A DNA stretch of 64,000 nt from a virus (Duplodnaviria; Caudoviricetes). The translations under genes and the position numbers were made by a program. The notes under the pieces are model-generated. The model did no database searches and was not told the DNA's origin. It saw only the letters and a list, made by a program, of their open reading frames with translations. The stretch lies in IMG/VR virus record IMGVR_UViG_3300047440_000139, positions 624-64,623 of that record. The stretch is one strand, 5' to 3'. Numbering within the stretch: position 1 is the stretch's first letter; every line of letters begins with the position of its first letter. Shown here piece after piece: positions 34,874 to 45,200 of this stretch.

Positions 34874-35965
34874 ATGCCTAACGCACTGACCACTCCCATG
34901 GGCGGGGCTGTCCCCGCTCACATCCAGAAGGCGTTCGCCGCCCAGCAGGGCAACGCCGCCCTCGCCCAAGGCGTGAGCGCGGGCTACCCGATCATCTCCT
35001 ACAAGGGGAAGGTCTGGCACATCGTCGAGGGTGGCGAGCGCACGCTCATCACCATCGGCGAGGGCCGCAACGCCAACGATCCGGCCGCCTCCCTGGAGGC
35101 CGTCATCCTGCTGGCCAACCCGGCGCTCAACAAGGTCTACTACCCGGACGGCTACGAGGAAGGCTCGACCGAGCGGCCGCTCTGCCACTCGGATGACGGC
35201 GTCGTGCCCGCTGCCGACGCGCAGGAGAAGCAGTCGAAGTCCTGCGGGGTGTGCCCCTACAACGAGTGGGGGTCCAAGATCAGCGACACCGGCTCGCGCG
35301 GTAAGGCGTGCGCAGACAGCCGCCGCATGGCCATCGCCTCGCCGGACGATCTCGACACGCCGATGCTGCTGCGCTGCCCGGCCGCCTCGCTCAAGACGCT
35401 GCTCTCCTACGGGCAGCAGCTGGACAAGCGCGGCTGGCCGTACTTCGCCCTGGTCACCCGCATCGGGTTCGACAGCAGCCTCGCTTACCCGGCGCTGACG
35501 TTCACCCCGGAGCGCTGGCTGGACGAGGACGAACTGGCCGCTGTGATGGCCAAGCAGAAGGACGATCTCGTCCTCAACATCACGGCCATGCAGCCGTCCA
35601 AGACCGCCGCCCCGGCCCCGGCCGCCGAGCCCGAGGACGATGCGTTCGCCCGCATGGAGGCGGGGATGGCCAAGTCCGACGCCGCCGCTCCGGCCCCGGC
35701 CGCCGCGCCCCCCAAGCGCCCCCGGAAGCCGCGCGCCGCCGCGACCACCGCCGAGGTGGCCGCCGCCCTGCAGCCCGAGCCCCAGCCGGAACCGCAGGCC
35801 GAGCCGCCCGCCGCCCGCAAGGGCTTCGGCGCGAAGCGCACGGCCCCGGCCGCCGCGCCGGTGCAGGCCGCCCCGCCGCCCGAGGATGACGAACTCGGCG
35901 ACGAGGCGCTGTCCGAACTGGAAGGCGTGCTCGCGGGCTTCGACGACGAGGAAGGCGAGGAATAG
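34874..35965 (+). CDS. Putative single-stranded DNA-binding or annealing protein
   Basis: KVYY, P.CHS.DG, C..CP.N.WGS, GKAC..SRR, PAASLK; acidic C-terminus. Confidence 0.6.
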   Translation: MPNALTTPMGGAVPAHIQKAFAAQQGNAALAQGVSAGYPIISYKGKVWHIVEGGERTLITIGEGRNANDPAASLEAVILLANPALNKVYYPDGYEEGSTERPLCHSDDGVVPAADAQEKQSKSCGVCPYNEWGSKISDTGSRGKACADSRRMAIASPDDLDTPMLLRCPAASLKTLLSYGQQLDKRGWPYFALVTRIGFDSSLAYPALTFTPERWLDEDELAAVMAKQKDDLVLNITAMQPSKTAAPAPAAEPEDDAFARMEAGMAKSDAAAPAPAAAPPKRPRKPRAAATTAEVAAALQPEPQPEPQAEPPAARKGFGAKRTAPAAAPVQAAPPPEDDELGDEALSELEGVLAGFDDEEGEE

Positions 35966-35976
35966 TCCCCTGACCT

Positions 35977-36019
35977 GGGCCGGGCGTTTACCCCGGGGTA
36001 AACGCCCGGCCCCTTTTTT
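35977..36019 (+). terminator. 36-bp perfect palindrome plus T run (terminator-like) containing palindrome copy 12
   Basis: GGGCCGGGCGTTTACCCCGGGGTAAACGCCCGGCCC then CTTTTTT; 18-mer at 35986-36003. Confidence 0.85.
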
Positions 36020-36039
36020 CCTCAAGCCGGAGCACACCC

Positions 36040-36312
36040 ATGGACCCTATCGACTTTCAGCCCGTCCACGACGCCGATCTCAAGCCCTCCGATCTGGCCA
36101 TGCTGGTGGGGGTGGGACGCGTGTCCTGCTCGTACTGGCTCAACGGCCACAAGCAGCCCCACTACCTGCACCATGACAAGGTGCGGGGCATCGTTGACGC
36201 CATCCGCCGCGCCAACCAGAGTGGCCTGCTTCCGGTGCCGATGAGCACCATGCGCCGGGAGCGCGCTCACTACATCCGTCAGGCCCTGGTCAAGTCCAGC
36301 GCCTCGAAGTGA
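36040..36312 (+). CDS. Cro/XRE-like HTH protein
   Basis: LKPSDLAMLVGVGRVSCSYWLNGHKQP; GGAG RBS. Confidence 0.75.
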   Translation: MDPIDFQPVHDADLKPSDLAMLVGVGRVSCSYWLNGHKQPHYLHHDKVRGIVDAIRRANQSGLLPVPMSTMRRERAHYIRQALVKSSASK

Positions 36313-39239
36313 CGACTGAACTCCCCGAGGGCTACGTGGACGACATCGCTTTCTTTGACACCATCCTTCCCTCTACCGGGCTGCGCTGCGTGGCCTACCT
36401 GCTGCCCTCTCGGAAGTGGGCTCACATCTGGGGACCTGACAACGCGTGGCTGGTCCAGGCCAGCCAGTACATCGACACGACGCGCAACACGGATGTCTAC
36501 TACGGGTGCTCATCCTTCGCCCCGCAGGCACAAGATAAGGACCCCGCCGTCGGCGGCCGCAAGCAGGCCAACGTGGCCTTGGTCCGGTCCTTCTGGGTCG
36601 ACCTAGACGTCGGGCCGCCGGAGGACGGCAAGCCCCCGAAGTACGCCACCCAGAAGCTGGCCGCCGAGGCCATCTGCCGGTTCGCCATCAAGCACGGCAT
36701 GCCCCTGCCGGGTCTGGCCAACTCGGGCTGGGGCGCTCACGCCTACTGGCCGATGGACGCCGACATGACGGTGGACCAGTGGAAGCCCGTTGCGGAGGCC
36801 CTCAAGCGGGCGCTGAGGGCCGATGGCGTTCTGTTCGACCCATCGCGCACGGCCGACGAAGCGAGCGTCCTGCGGCCTCCTGGCACGCACAACCACAAGC
36901 ACGGCCAGTCCAAGCTGGTGAAGGTGGTGCGCGAGCCCACGCCCTGGACCCTGACCGGGATGATGACGGCCCTGCTGCCGTGGGCTCAGCCCGCCGCCGC
37001 GCCGTCGATCGCCACAGCCAAGCTGTCGGCCGAGAACGCTGCGCTCGGCGGCGGCATGGGGCCCGACCCGTCGTCGGCCTACATGATCGCCGACCAGTGC
37101 GCGGTCATCGGGATGATGCGCGACACGGGTGGCAAGGTCGACCAGCCGACGTGGTACTACAGCCTGGGTGTGCTGCTGCACACGGACGAGGCCCCGGCCA
37201 TCTGCCACGAGTGGAGCAAGGGCGACGCCCGCTACACCAAGGCCGAGACCGACGGCAACCTCGCCCGGCTGGCCACGCATGGCGCGACCACCTGCGCCAA
37301 GCTGTCGGAGTTCCAGCCCGCCGCCTGCGCCGCCTGCCCTCACTTCGGCCAGATCAAGAGCCCTGTGCAGCTTGGCCGACCCCGGGCGCAGAAGGCCACC
37401 GTCGAGACGGTAGAGCAGGTGGTCGACAAGAAGGGCTTCGCCACGGAGGTGAAGGCCACCCACACCCTGCCCTGGGGCTACGGCATCGAACACCGTAGCG
37501 GCCGCCGGGCGCTGACGTTCACCTTCCCCGCCAGCGAGGACAAGCCCGCCAAGACCGAGGTGGTCTGCGACAGCTTCCTCGTCGCCACCACCCGTCTCTG
37601 GTTTGAGGGCGTCGCCCACACCGAGTGGGAGATGGACACCCGCGAGGGGCCGCGCCGCTTCATCACCCCCAACGGCACGATCAGCAAGGGCGGGGCCGAG
37701 GTGGCCGCCGCCCTGGGGAGCAACGAGATTTACGCCCGACCCGGCAAGGAGCGCCTCTTGTCCAGCTACCTCACGAACTGGATGCAGCAGTTGAAGGACA
37801 ACGCCGACAAGGTGGTGGCCCACAAGAGCTTCGGCTGGGTCGAGGACGTCTTCGTCCTGGGCGACACGTCGATCCGGCCCGACGGCACCGAAGTCCGCTC
37901 GATCATGCGCGGCATCGCCGAGGGAAAGCAGGACGCCGTGTCCCGCAGGGGCAGCCTCGCCACCTGGGTGAAGCTGGTCGACCGCGCCTACAACGCGCCG
38001 GGCCAGGAGGCATTCCAGTTCCAGATGGGCTGCGCGTTCGGCGCTCCGCTGCTCAGCCTGATGCAGCAGGTGAACGGCGTCACCGTCTACTCCCACTCCG
38101 ACGGGTCCGGGGTCGGCAAGTCCACGGTGCAGCAGGTCGGGCTGTCGGCCTGGGGCGACTGGCGGGCGATGATGCTGGCCCAGAACAAGGCCACCGCCTC
38201 CATGCTGTGGGGCTACCTCGGGGCCTACAACTCCCTGCCCATCGTCTACGACGAGCTCACCAATATCCCGATCGCCGAGGTGTCGGACTTGGTGTTCTCG
38301 GTGTCGAGCGGCCGCGCCAAGGAGCGCATGACCCCGACCGGCGAGGCGCGCAGCAACAACTCCAACTGGTCGACCATCCTCCTGGCCAGCGGCAACACCC
38401 TGCTCTCCGAGAAGCTGGCCCAGCACCGGGCCAACAGCGAGGCCGAGATCAGCCGCCTGTTCGAGTTCACCCTGACCGCCACGCCGCACCTCAGCGTGGT
38501 CGAGGCCAACGCCCTGTTCCCGCAGTTCCTTGAGAACTACGGCCACGCCGGGCACAAGTTCGCCCGCGCCGTGGCGCAGAACCGGGAGAAGATCGCCGAC
38601 GCCCTGGTCAAGATGCAGGCCAAGCTGGTCGCCGAGTTCCAGATGACCCAGGTCGAGCGGCACTGGTCGGCGCTGTTCGCCTGCGTGATCGTGGCCCTGC
38701 TCATCTGCCGGGACTTGAAGCTGCTGGCGTTTGAAGTCGAGCCGATCAAGGCGTGGATGCAGGACCGGCTGGCCGAGAACCGTGGCCAGCGCAGCGAGGC
38801 CGTCACCGACTACCGCGACCTGATCAGCCAGATGATCGACGAACTGTGGGCCGACGTGCTGGTGACGCAGGGGGTGGGCGACCTGCGCGCCAACCCGCCG
38901 GTCCCGGTCAACATCATCAAGCACCCGCGCACCGGCAGCCTCGTCGGCCGCGCCGTGCGCCCCACCACTCTGGACAACGCCGACCTGCTGATCAGCCGCA
39001 ACGCCATCCAGAAGTGGTGCGCCAAGCGGCTGGCCTCGCCGAAGCAGATGCGCGAGGCGGGCATCGCCGCCGGGGTGGTGCATCGGGACATCAAGCGCCA
39101 CTGTCTGGGGCGCGGCACCCGCGACTACCAGACCAGCGACAACGTCTTCTGCTGGCGCTTCTTCCCCGACGTGCTGGCCGACAGCATGTCGACCAACGTG
39201 GCGCAGCACCTGTCCCTGGTGGGGAGCGGCAAGCCCTAG
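36309..39239 (+). CDS. Primase-helicase (RepB/AEP-like primase, PriCT-like, DUF927 ATPase)
   Basis: WVDLD, NSGWGAHAYW, LRPPGTHN; EWS..D.RY; C..CPH; SGVGKST, YDELT, SGRAKER, NYGHAG. Confidence 0.88.
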   Translation: MTTELPEGYVDDIAFFDTILPSTGLRCVAYLLPSRKWAHIWGPDNAWLVQASQYIDTTRNTDVYYGCSSFAPQAQDKDPAVGGRKQANVALVRSFWVDLDVGPPEDGKPPKYATQKLAAEAICRFAIKHGMPLPGLANSGWGAHAYWPMDADMTVDQWKPVAEALKRALRADGVLFDPSRTADEASVLRPPGTHNHKHGQSKLVKVVREPTPWTLTGMMTALLPWAQPAAAPSIATAKLSAENAALGGGMGPDPSSAYMIADQCAVIGMMRDTGGKVDQPTWYYSLGVLLHTDEAPAICHEWSKGDARYTKAETDGNLARLATHGATTCAKLSEFQPAACAACPHFGQIKSPVQLGRPRAQKATVETVEQVVDKKGFATEVKATHTLPWGYGIEHRSGRRALTFTFPASEDKPAKTEVVCDSFLVATTRLWFEGVAHTEWEMDTREGPRRFITPNGTISKGGAEVAAALGSNEIYARPGKERLLSSYLTNWMQQLKDNADKVVAHKSFGWVEDVFVLGDTSIRPDGTEVRSIMRGIAEGKQDAVSRRGSLATWVKLVDRAYNAPGQEAFQFQMGCAFGAPLLSLMQQVNGVTVYSHSDGSGVGKSTVQQVGLSAWGDWRAMMLAQNKATASMLWGYLGAYNSLPIVYDELTNIPIAEVSDLVFSVSSGRAKERMTPTGEARSNNSNWSTILLASGNTLLSEKLAQHRANSEAEISRLFEFTLTATPHLSVVEANALFPQFLENYGHAGHKFARAVAQNREKIADALVKMQAKLVAEFQMTQVERHWSALFACVIVALLICRDLKLLAFEVEPIKAWMQDRLAENRGQRSEAVTDYRDLISQMIDELWADVLVTQGVGDLRANPPVPVNIIKHPRTGSLVGRAVRPTTLDNADLLISRNAIQKWCAKRLASPKQMREAGIAAGVVHRDIKRHCLGRGTRDYQTSDNVFCWRFFPDVLADSMSTNVAQHLSLVGSGKP

Positions 39240-42200
39240 TCCTCGGCCGCCATCAGCTGCCGGGCTTCGGCGATGTCGTCGGCGAACATGGCGTCCATCA
39301 GCAGCTGGCGGTTGGCCGGGGTCATCTCCACCCCGCCGATCGTGTTCCGCTCACGCTTAAGCTGCTTGCCGGGGGACTGCAGCAGGGTGCCCAAGGGGGC
39401 GGGCTTGACCCCGTCCCGCTTCTTGGCCGCCTGCAGCGCGACGAACTCCTTGCGCGCCTTGGCTATGCCCGCCGCGTCGCGGTCCTTAACAGCCGCCGTA
39501 TAGTGGCGTTTGATGGTAGCCGTCTCGCTGTCGTAGTAGGCGTCGGTCTTGTAGTCGAGGCTGCGCCGGTCGCCCTGGTTGGCCAGTTCGCGCGGGCGCA
39601 CACCGATGGCCGTCAGCACCTGCGGCAGGCCCTGCAGGTACTCGGGCTTCAACAGCACGTCGCCCTTCTTGTCGGTCAGGCCCTCGCGTCCAATCCGCTC
39701 GGCCTTCATCAGGTTGGCGAAGCCGGTCGGCGCGATGGTCTCTACCGCCCGTACCCAGTCGTGGTCGGTCACGCCGAAGCCCCACCCGTCGATGGCCTTG
39801 GAGATCAGGCCACCCGACGGACCCAGCGCCGCCTTGGCCAGTTCGGCGTAGAACTCCTCCTTGCTGGTGGCGCTGCTGATGTCGGGGGCCAGCGCGGCGA
39901 CGTTGCCCAGGCCCATCCTGTCGCTGGTGTCAGCGCCCAGCGCGTAGGGTGCGCCCTTGAACAGGAAGTCGGACCACCAGTTCTGCTTGCCGCCCTCGCC
40001 GCCCTCGCCCAGCGCCGCCCGCAGGTCTTCCTTCCAGTCCGAGTAGTCCTTGTCGTCGTCGTCATCGAACAGGTTCATGATCGCGGCGACGGCCGGGCCC
40101 AGCAGGGATGCGGCGGGCATGCCGAGGATGCCGCCGACCGCCAGCATGTGGCCGCTCAGGAAGGCCAGCGCCTTCATCCCCTCGGCGCGCTCCTCAGGCG
40201 ACACGCCCTTCTTGAAGAAGGCCCGGTGGAACTCCTTGCCCAGCAGCGAGCCCATGATGAACTGGAACTTCTTGAACTGCAGCAGCACCTTGCCCGCGTT
40301 GCCCAGCTGGTGGAACGGGGTCGGAGCGTTGAACCCGCTGTAGTCGCCGTGGGTGTCGTAGATCAGCTTCGAGGCCGCCTCCATCGCCTCGGTCTTGGAC
40401 TTGCCGTCGGCCAGCGCGGCGCGGTAGGCGGCCGACCCGGTGGCCACGCGGTTGGCCACCTCGACGCGCTGCGGGAACATGCGGAAGAAGCGGGTGGCCA
40501 GCCGCTGGGCGTCGGGGATCAGGCCGTCGCCGTTGATCTCCCACTTGCCCAGGTCCATGGCGAAGCCCGCATCGAGGCGGCCGCGCTTGGCCAGGAAGTC
40601 GACCAGTTCCTTGATGTCGTCGGGGGCCTTGGAGAAGTCGACCCGCTCGAACAGGCTGGTGCCCTTGGTCATGGCGAAGAAGTCTTTGTACCCCCGCGCC
40701 ATCATGCCGATGGCCTTGGGGTAGCCGTACTGCGAGGCCAGGACCGGCAGGGTGATGAGGATCGCCTGACTGGCGTTCTGCAGGTAGTAGAAGGGCGACG
40801 TCAGCAGGGTCCACGCCGAGATCGTCGACACCACCTTGTCGACCGTGCGGCTGGGCTGGACCCCGGCGTTGGCCGTGTAGCGGTACATCACCTCGTTGAC
40901 GATGCGCTGGGCGTCGGTGCGCGCCGCGCCGCGCAGGTCGGCGGCCTGGGCGTGCATGTCGCGCAGGGCCTTGTGCATCACCGGGCCGTTGTGCATCGAG
41001 GCGATCAGGCTGGCCTGCGCTTTGGCCCGGCTAACGAAGGCCATCATCATGTTGATGCCCTCGCCGGTCACCGGGTCGGTGGCGGGGACCTTGTTACGGC
41101 CAAGCTCTGCCTTCCGGCCTGAGGTTTCCGACAGGGTGTGCAGGTACATGTCGGTGATCAGCCGGTTCAGCCGCTTGGCGACCTCAGACCCCTTCTCGGT
41201 GCTACCTGCAGCGGACGTGCGCAGCTGGTCCAGCGCCAGGAAGATGGCGTCGCGGTGGATCGCCCCCTCCGGCACCTTGCTGCGCTCGAAGCGATCGACG
41301 CCGCCGGGGAACGCGGTCTCGACGTGGGAGGCCAGCGCCTCGGCCTCATGCACGGTGTCGCGGAAGTCGACGAAGTGGTGCTTCGGGTCGGAGATCATCT
41401 TCTGGATGGCCTCCTTGTCGTTGGCCTTCTCGGCGGCGCGGAAGGCCGGGCTCTTGGCGACCACGACCCACGACCCCGACCGCTTGAGCGGCATGTAGGG
41501 CAGGCCCTCCTGGGTGTCGAAGGCGCGCGACAGGTGGCGCACGGCGCGGTCCTTGCGCGCGGCGATGGCGTCCTTCGCTTTCTGCGACGCGCCGCTGGCC
41601 TCGGCCGCATCCATCTCGGCCTTGTAGTCGGCGTTGATCTGGGTGGACGCCTCGGCCTTCATGGCGTTGTTGATGTCATAGTTGAGCTTGAACGCCTCGC
41701 GCATGACCTGCTGCGCCTCGGCCGACATGACCTTGAACTGGTCGTTCAGCTTCTTGGAGATCACCACCTTGGCGCGGACGGACGCCGGTAGGTGCGTCGG
41801 CTCGAACGCCCACTCGTCGCTCTCGGTGCTGTCCTGCATCAGCCGGTTCACCGACCCCGGCTTCACCCCCTTCTCCTTGGACGACAGGCGCTCGTACTTC
41901 TCCTTGGTCTTGAGCGCCCGCTCCTCGAACGCACGGCCCTCGGCGTGGCCAGCGGAGTGCGCCTCGATCACCCGCCGCCCGGCGTCAACACCCATGCTGC
42001 GCAGGATGTTGGCGAGGTCTTCGGTCATCGTCAGGTAGACGTGGCCGCTCTTGCCGAGGTTGTCGGCGACGGCGTGCAGCGCGGTGGCCGACTTCTTCAC
42101 GGCGGTGCGCTTGGCGTAGGGGCCGGGGTCGGTGCGGCGGGACTTGAACCCGGGTCCGTTGTCCCGCTGCGGGACCGATGAGCCGATGGCCGCTGTGCGC

Positions 42201-45200
42201 GCCTTCGACCCGACTTCGCCACTGTCGATGGCCCGGACTATGTCGTCGACCGTCTTGTACTCCGAGCCCTGGCCCAGCGCCCATCTGCCGAATTGGGCCA
42301 GGGCGGCGAACGCCTGCTTGACCCGCGAGATGATGCCTCTCGTCTCGGCATCCATCGTGATCGAGCCGGGATTGTTGATCATCCTGGCCACGAACTCGGC
42401 CACCGCCTCGCCGTTCTGCTCCCTTCGCGGGCGATCGCTGTAGGGCTTGAGGAACTCCCTGATCTCGGGGCTCGACATGGCGGCCTTCAACAGCTTCGCG
42501 AAGTCGTTCTTCCTGAGGACCCCCATGTCCTCCAGCGCGTGGACCATCTCGTGGTCCAGGCTAAGGTCCGCGTTCTCCCCATCCAGGGCCACTTGGATGA
42601 CGCGCTTGAGGCGGTCCCTGGTGATGCCGAACCGACCCTGGTCACCGCCCAGCGCCACCCGATCCGTCGTCTCCAGCATGACGTCGGACAGGCCCCGCCG
42701 GTCCAGCGCGGCGCGCAGCCTGCGGTCCAGCTTGGCCGCCGTCGATATCTCACTCGCCCCGATGAGGCGGTCGGTCGCGGCCGTGGAGAGGCGAGGCCGC
42801 GTCGCGATGGTCGGCTCGCCGCGCTTGGCCAAGTCCTGGGCCACCTGGGCCTTGGCCTCATCGTTGGCCCGCAGCACCTCCATGTACTCGTCGGTGTTCT
42901 GCTCCCCGTTGCGGTTCATTCGGCTGAGCTCGCGCTGCGTGGCCACGACCCGCGCGCCCGGCTCCTCCGGCCACTTCGACGCGGGCTCGGAGAACCCTGG
43001 CTGGAGCTCCGGCAGCGGGGCCTTGTCGCCCAGGCGCTGGGCCATCTCCCGGTCGATGCGTGCCCGGTTGGCCGCCATGTCGAACGGGGTCGGGCTGCCG
43101 CGTCCTTCACGCCTGCGGCCGCCGCGCCGCCGCCCTGCCTGGATGGCGATGCGCGTGCGATCAGGGGGCAGGGTGGGCTGATCGACCGGCGCGTCGTCCT
43201 GCCGCGTCGGGACTTCCTTCACCAGTTTCTGCGTGGTCGGGAACAGCGCGGCGGTGGCGGCCACATTGTCGGGCAGCACGAACACCAGCCCGTTCTTGAA
43301 GTCCTCCTTGTGGGGGACGATGTACTTCGTGAAGAACGCCTCCGTCGTGTTGATGCAGCCGGAGCTGATCTTGTCGTCGGCGGTCGTCTTGCTCTCCAGC
43401 CGCGCGACCCGGTTCTCCTCGGGGTGCCGCAGGTAGACCGAGTGCATGGCCACGCCGTACAGGCTCTCGCCGGTCTTCACGTCCTGCAGGTCCAGCACCC
43501 CGCCGCCGGTGTAGAGCGGCGTAGGCCACCAGTTGACCTTGTAGGTCCCGGCCGGGGTGACCCGCTGGCTCTGCGGCAGCGCGCCAGGATCGGCGTTCTT
43601 GCGCGCCTCGGTCAGGATGTCACCCGCCTGCGCGCCGTACAGCGACTTCGACGAGGTGATGTAGCCGCCCTTCTTGTCGAAGGCGTGCAGCATGCCGTTG
43701 GGCTTGTCGGCGATGAAGAACCCAGAGCCCTGCTTCTTGGCGGTCTCAGCCATCGCCTCGTAGACCGCGATGGCGCGTGGCGACATCTGGGCGCGGGCGG
43801 ACGCGGGCACCTCGGTCTTGATGTCGACCATCCGCTCGACCACCGGTGCGGCGGGCATCGTGGGATGGAGAGCGGTCTGCAGGCCCGCCGGGTTGAAGAC
43901 GATCATCAGCGCCAGGGCGCTCGCCTGCACTCGCTGGGCGACGATCTGCACCGCCTTGGCGATGCCTTCCCGCACGCCGCTGACGTACTTCGCGAAGTCC
44001 TCGGCGAACTTCGCAAGGGTCTCGTCCTTGAACCACGCGTGGCCGTAGGCGCGGGACAGGCGGCGCTTCTCGTCCAGCGTGAGCAGCTTGCTCAGCTGGT
44101 CGGTCGTCACCGTCAGCGGCGGCGCTTCGCCCACCGTGACGCCCGGCACCGGCTTGGCTGGCGGGACGACGTTGGCCTTGGACTGCGGCGTGGCGGCTAC
44201 GGCGGCGTCGGCCGCCTCCGCGCCCCCCTTGGCCCGCGCCAGCATGTCGGAGATCGTGTCGCCCTTGCCTAGCTGGGCGTCATTGATCCGCTTGAAGCGC
44301 GCCACCTCGCCATCGAACAGCGCCTCGGCCGCCTCGACGCTCACGGTGTCGGCCACCTTGTCGAGGTTCTGCCGCTGGAACGCGGAGATGTCGCCCTTGT
44401 CGGCGGCCCGTTCGGTCTTCACCTCGAACGCCGCGACGTCGTCCTTGCGCTTCTTCTCGGCGGCGCGCTCGGCTTCCTCGGCCACCTCCTTGGGGGTGGG
44501 CTCGGCCTTGGGCACGACGCTCAGCTTCGGCGCTTTCAGCATTGCGTCGAGGCCGGAGGCGAGGTCCTTCTCCTCCTCCTTCACGTACTTATCGAGCACC
44601 TGCTTGGCCTGCAGCGCACCGTCCGACGTGCCCTTGCTCAGCTTGGTGGCCACGTCGTTCATGATGCGGTCGTAGGTGGCAAGGTTCTGCTGGGTGGCGA
44701 TCTCGGCGTCGGTCACCGCAGGCTTCGCATCCAGCCGCTTGCGGGCCTTGGCGATCTTGTCTTTCAGCTTGCCCAGCCGAGCCATCACGGTGTCGATGGA
44801 CTTCAAGGCATCGTGGGCCTGAGCCCCCCTGGCCTCGTCAGCTTCGGTCCGGTCCTCGGCCTGCTCGCGTTGCGCCAAGTTCTGGGTGATGTCGGTGACG
44901 GTGGCCGTGGCCTTCTTCGACGCCGTCCGTTTCTTCGACGTCTCCTTGATCTCCTCGGCCTTCGCCGGTGCCTTCTTCCTGGCGCGGGTCTTCTTGGCAG
45001 GCGGCGTCTTGTCGGCCTCGGCCTCTACGGCACGGCGCGCGGCTTTCTCGACGCGCGCCGTCTCCTTGTCGGCGTCCTCCTTCGCCTTCCGCTCCGCATT
45101 GGCCTGCTGAACCCGGGCGCGGGTCTGCTCGACGGTCTCCGGGGCGGCCTTCACGTTGTCGGGCTTGGGCTTTGGCGCGCTCTCGCGATCGGCGGCGGCC

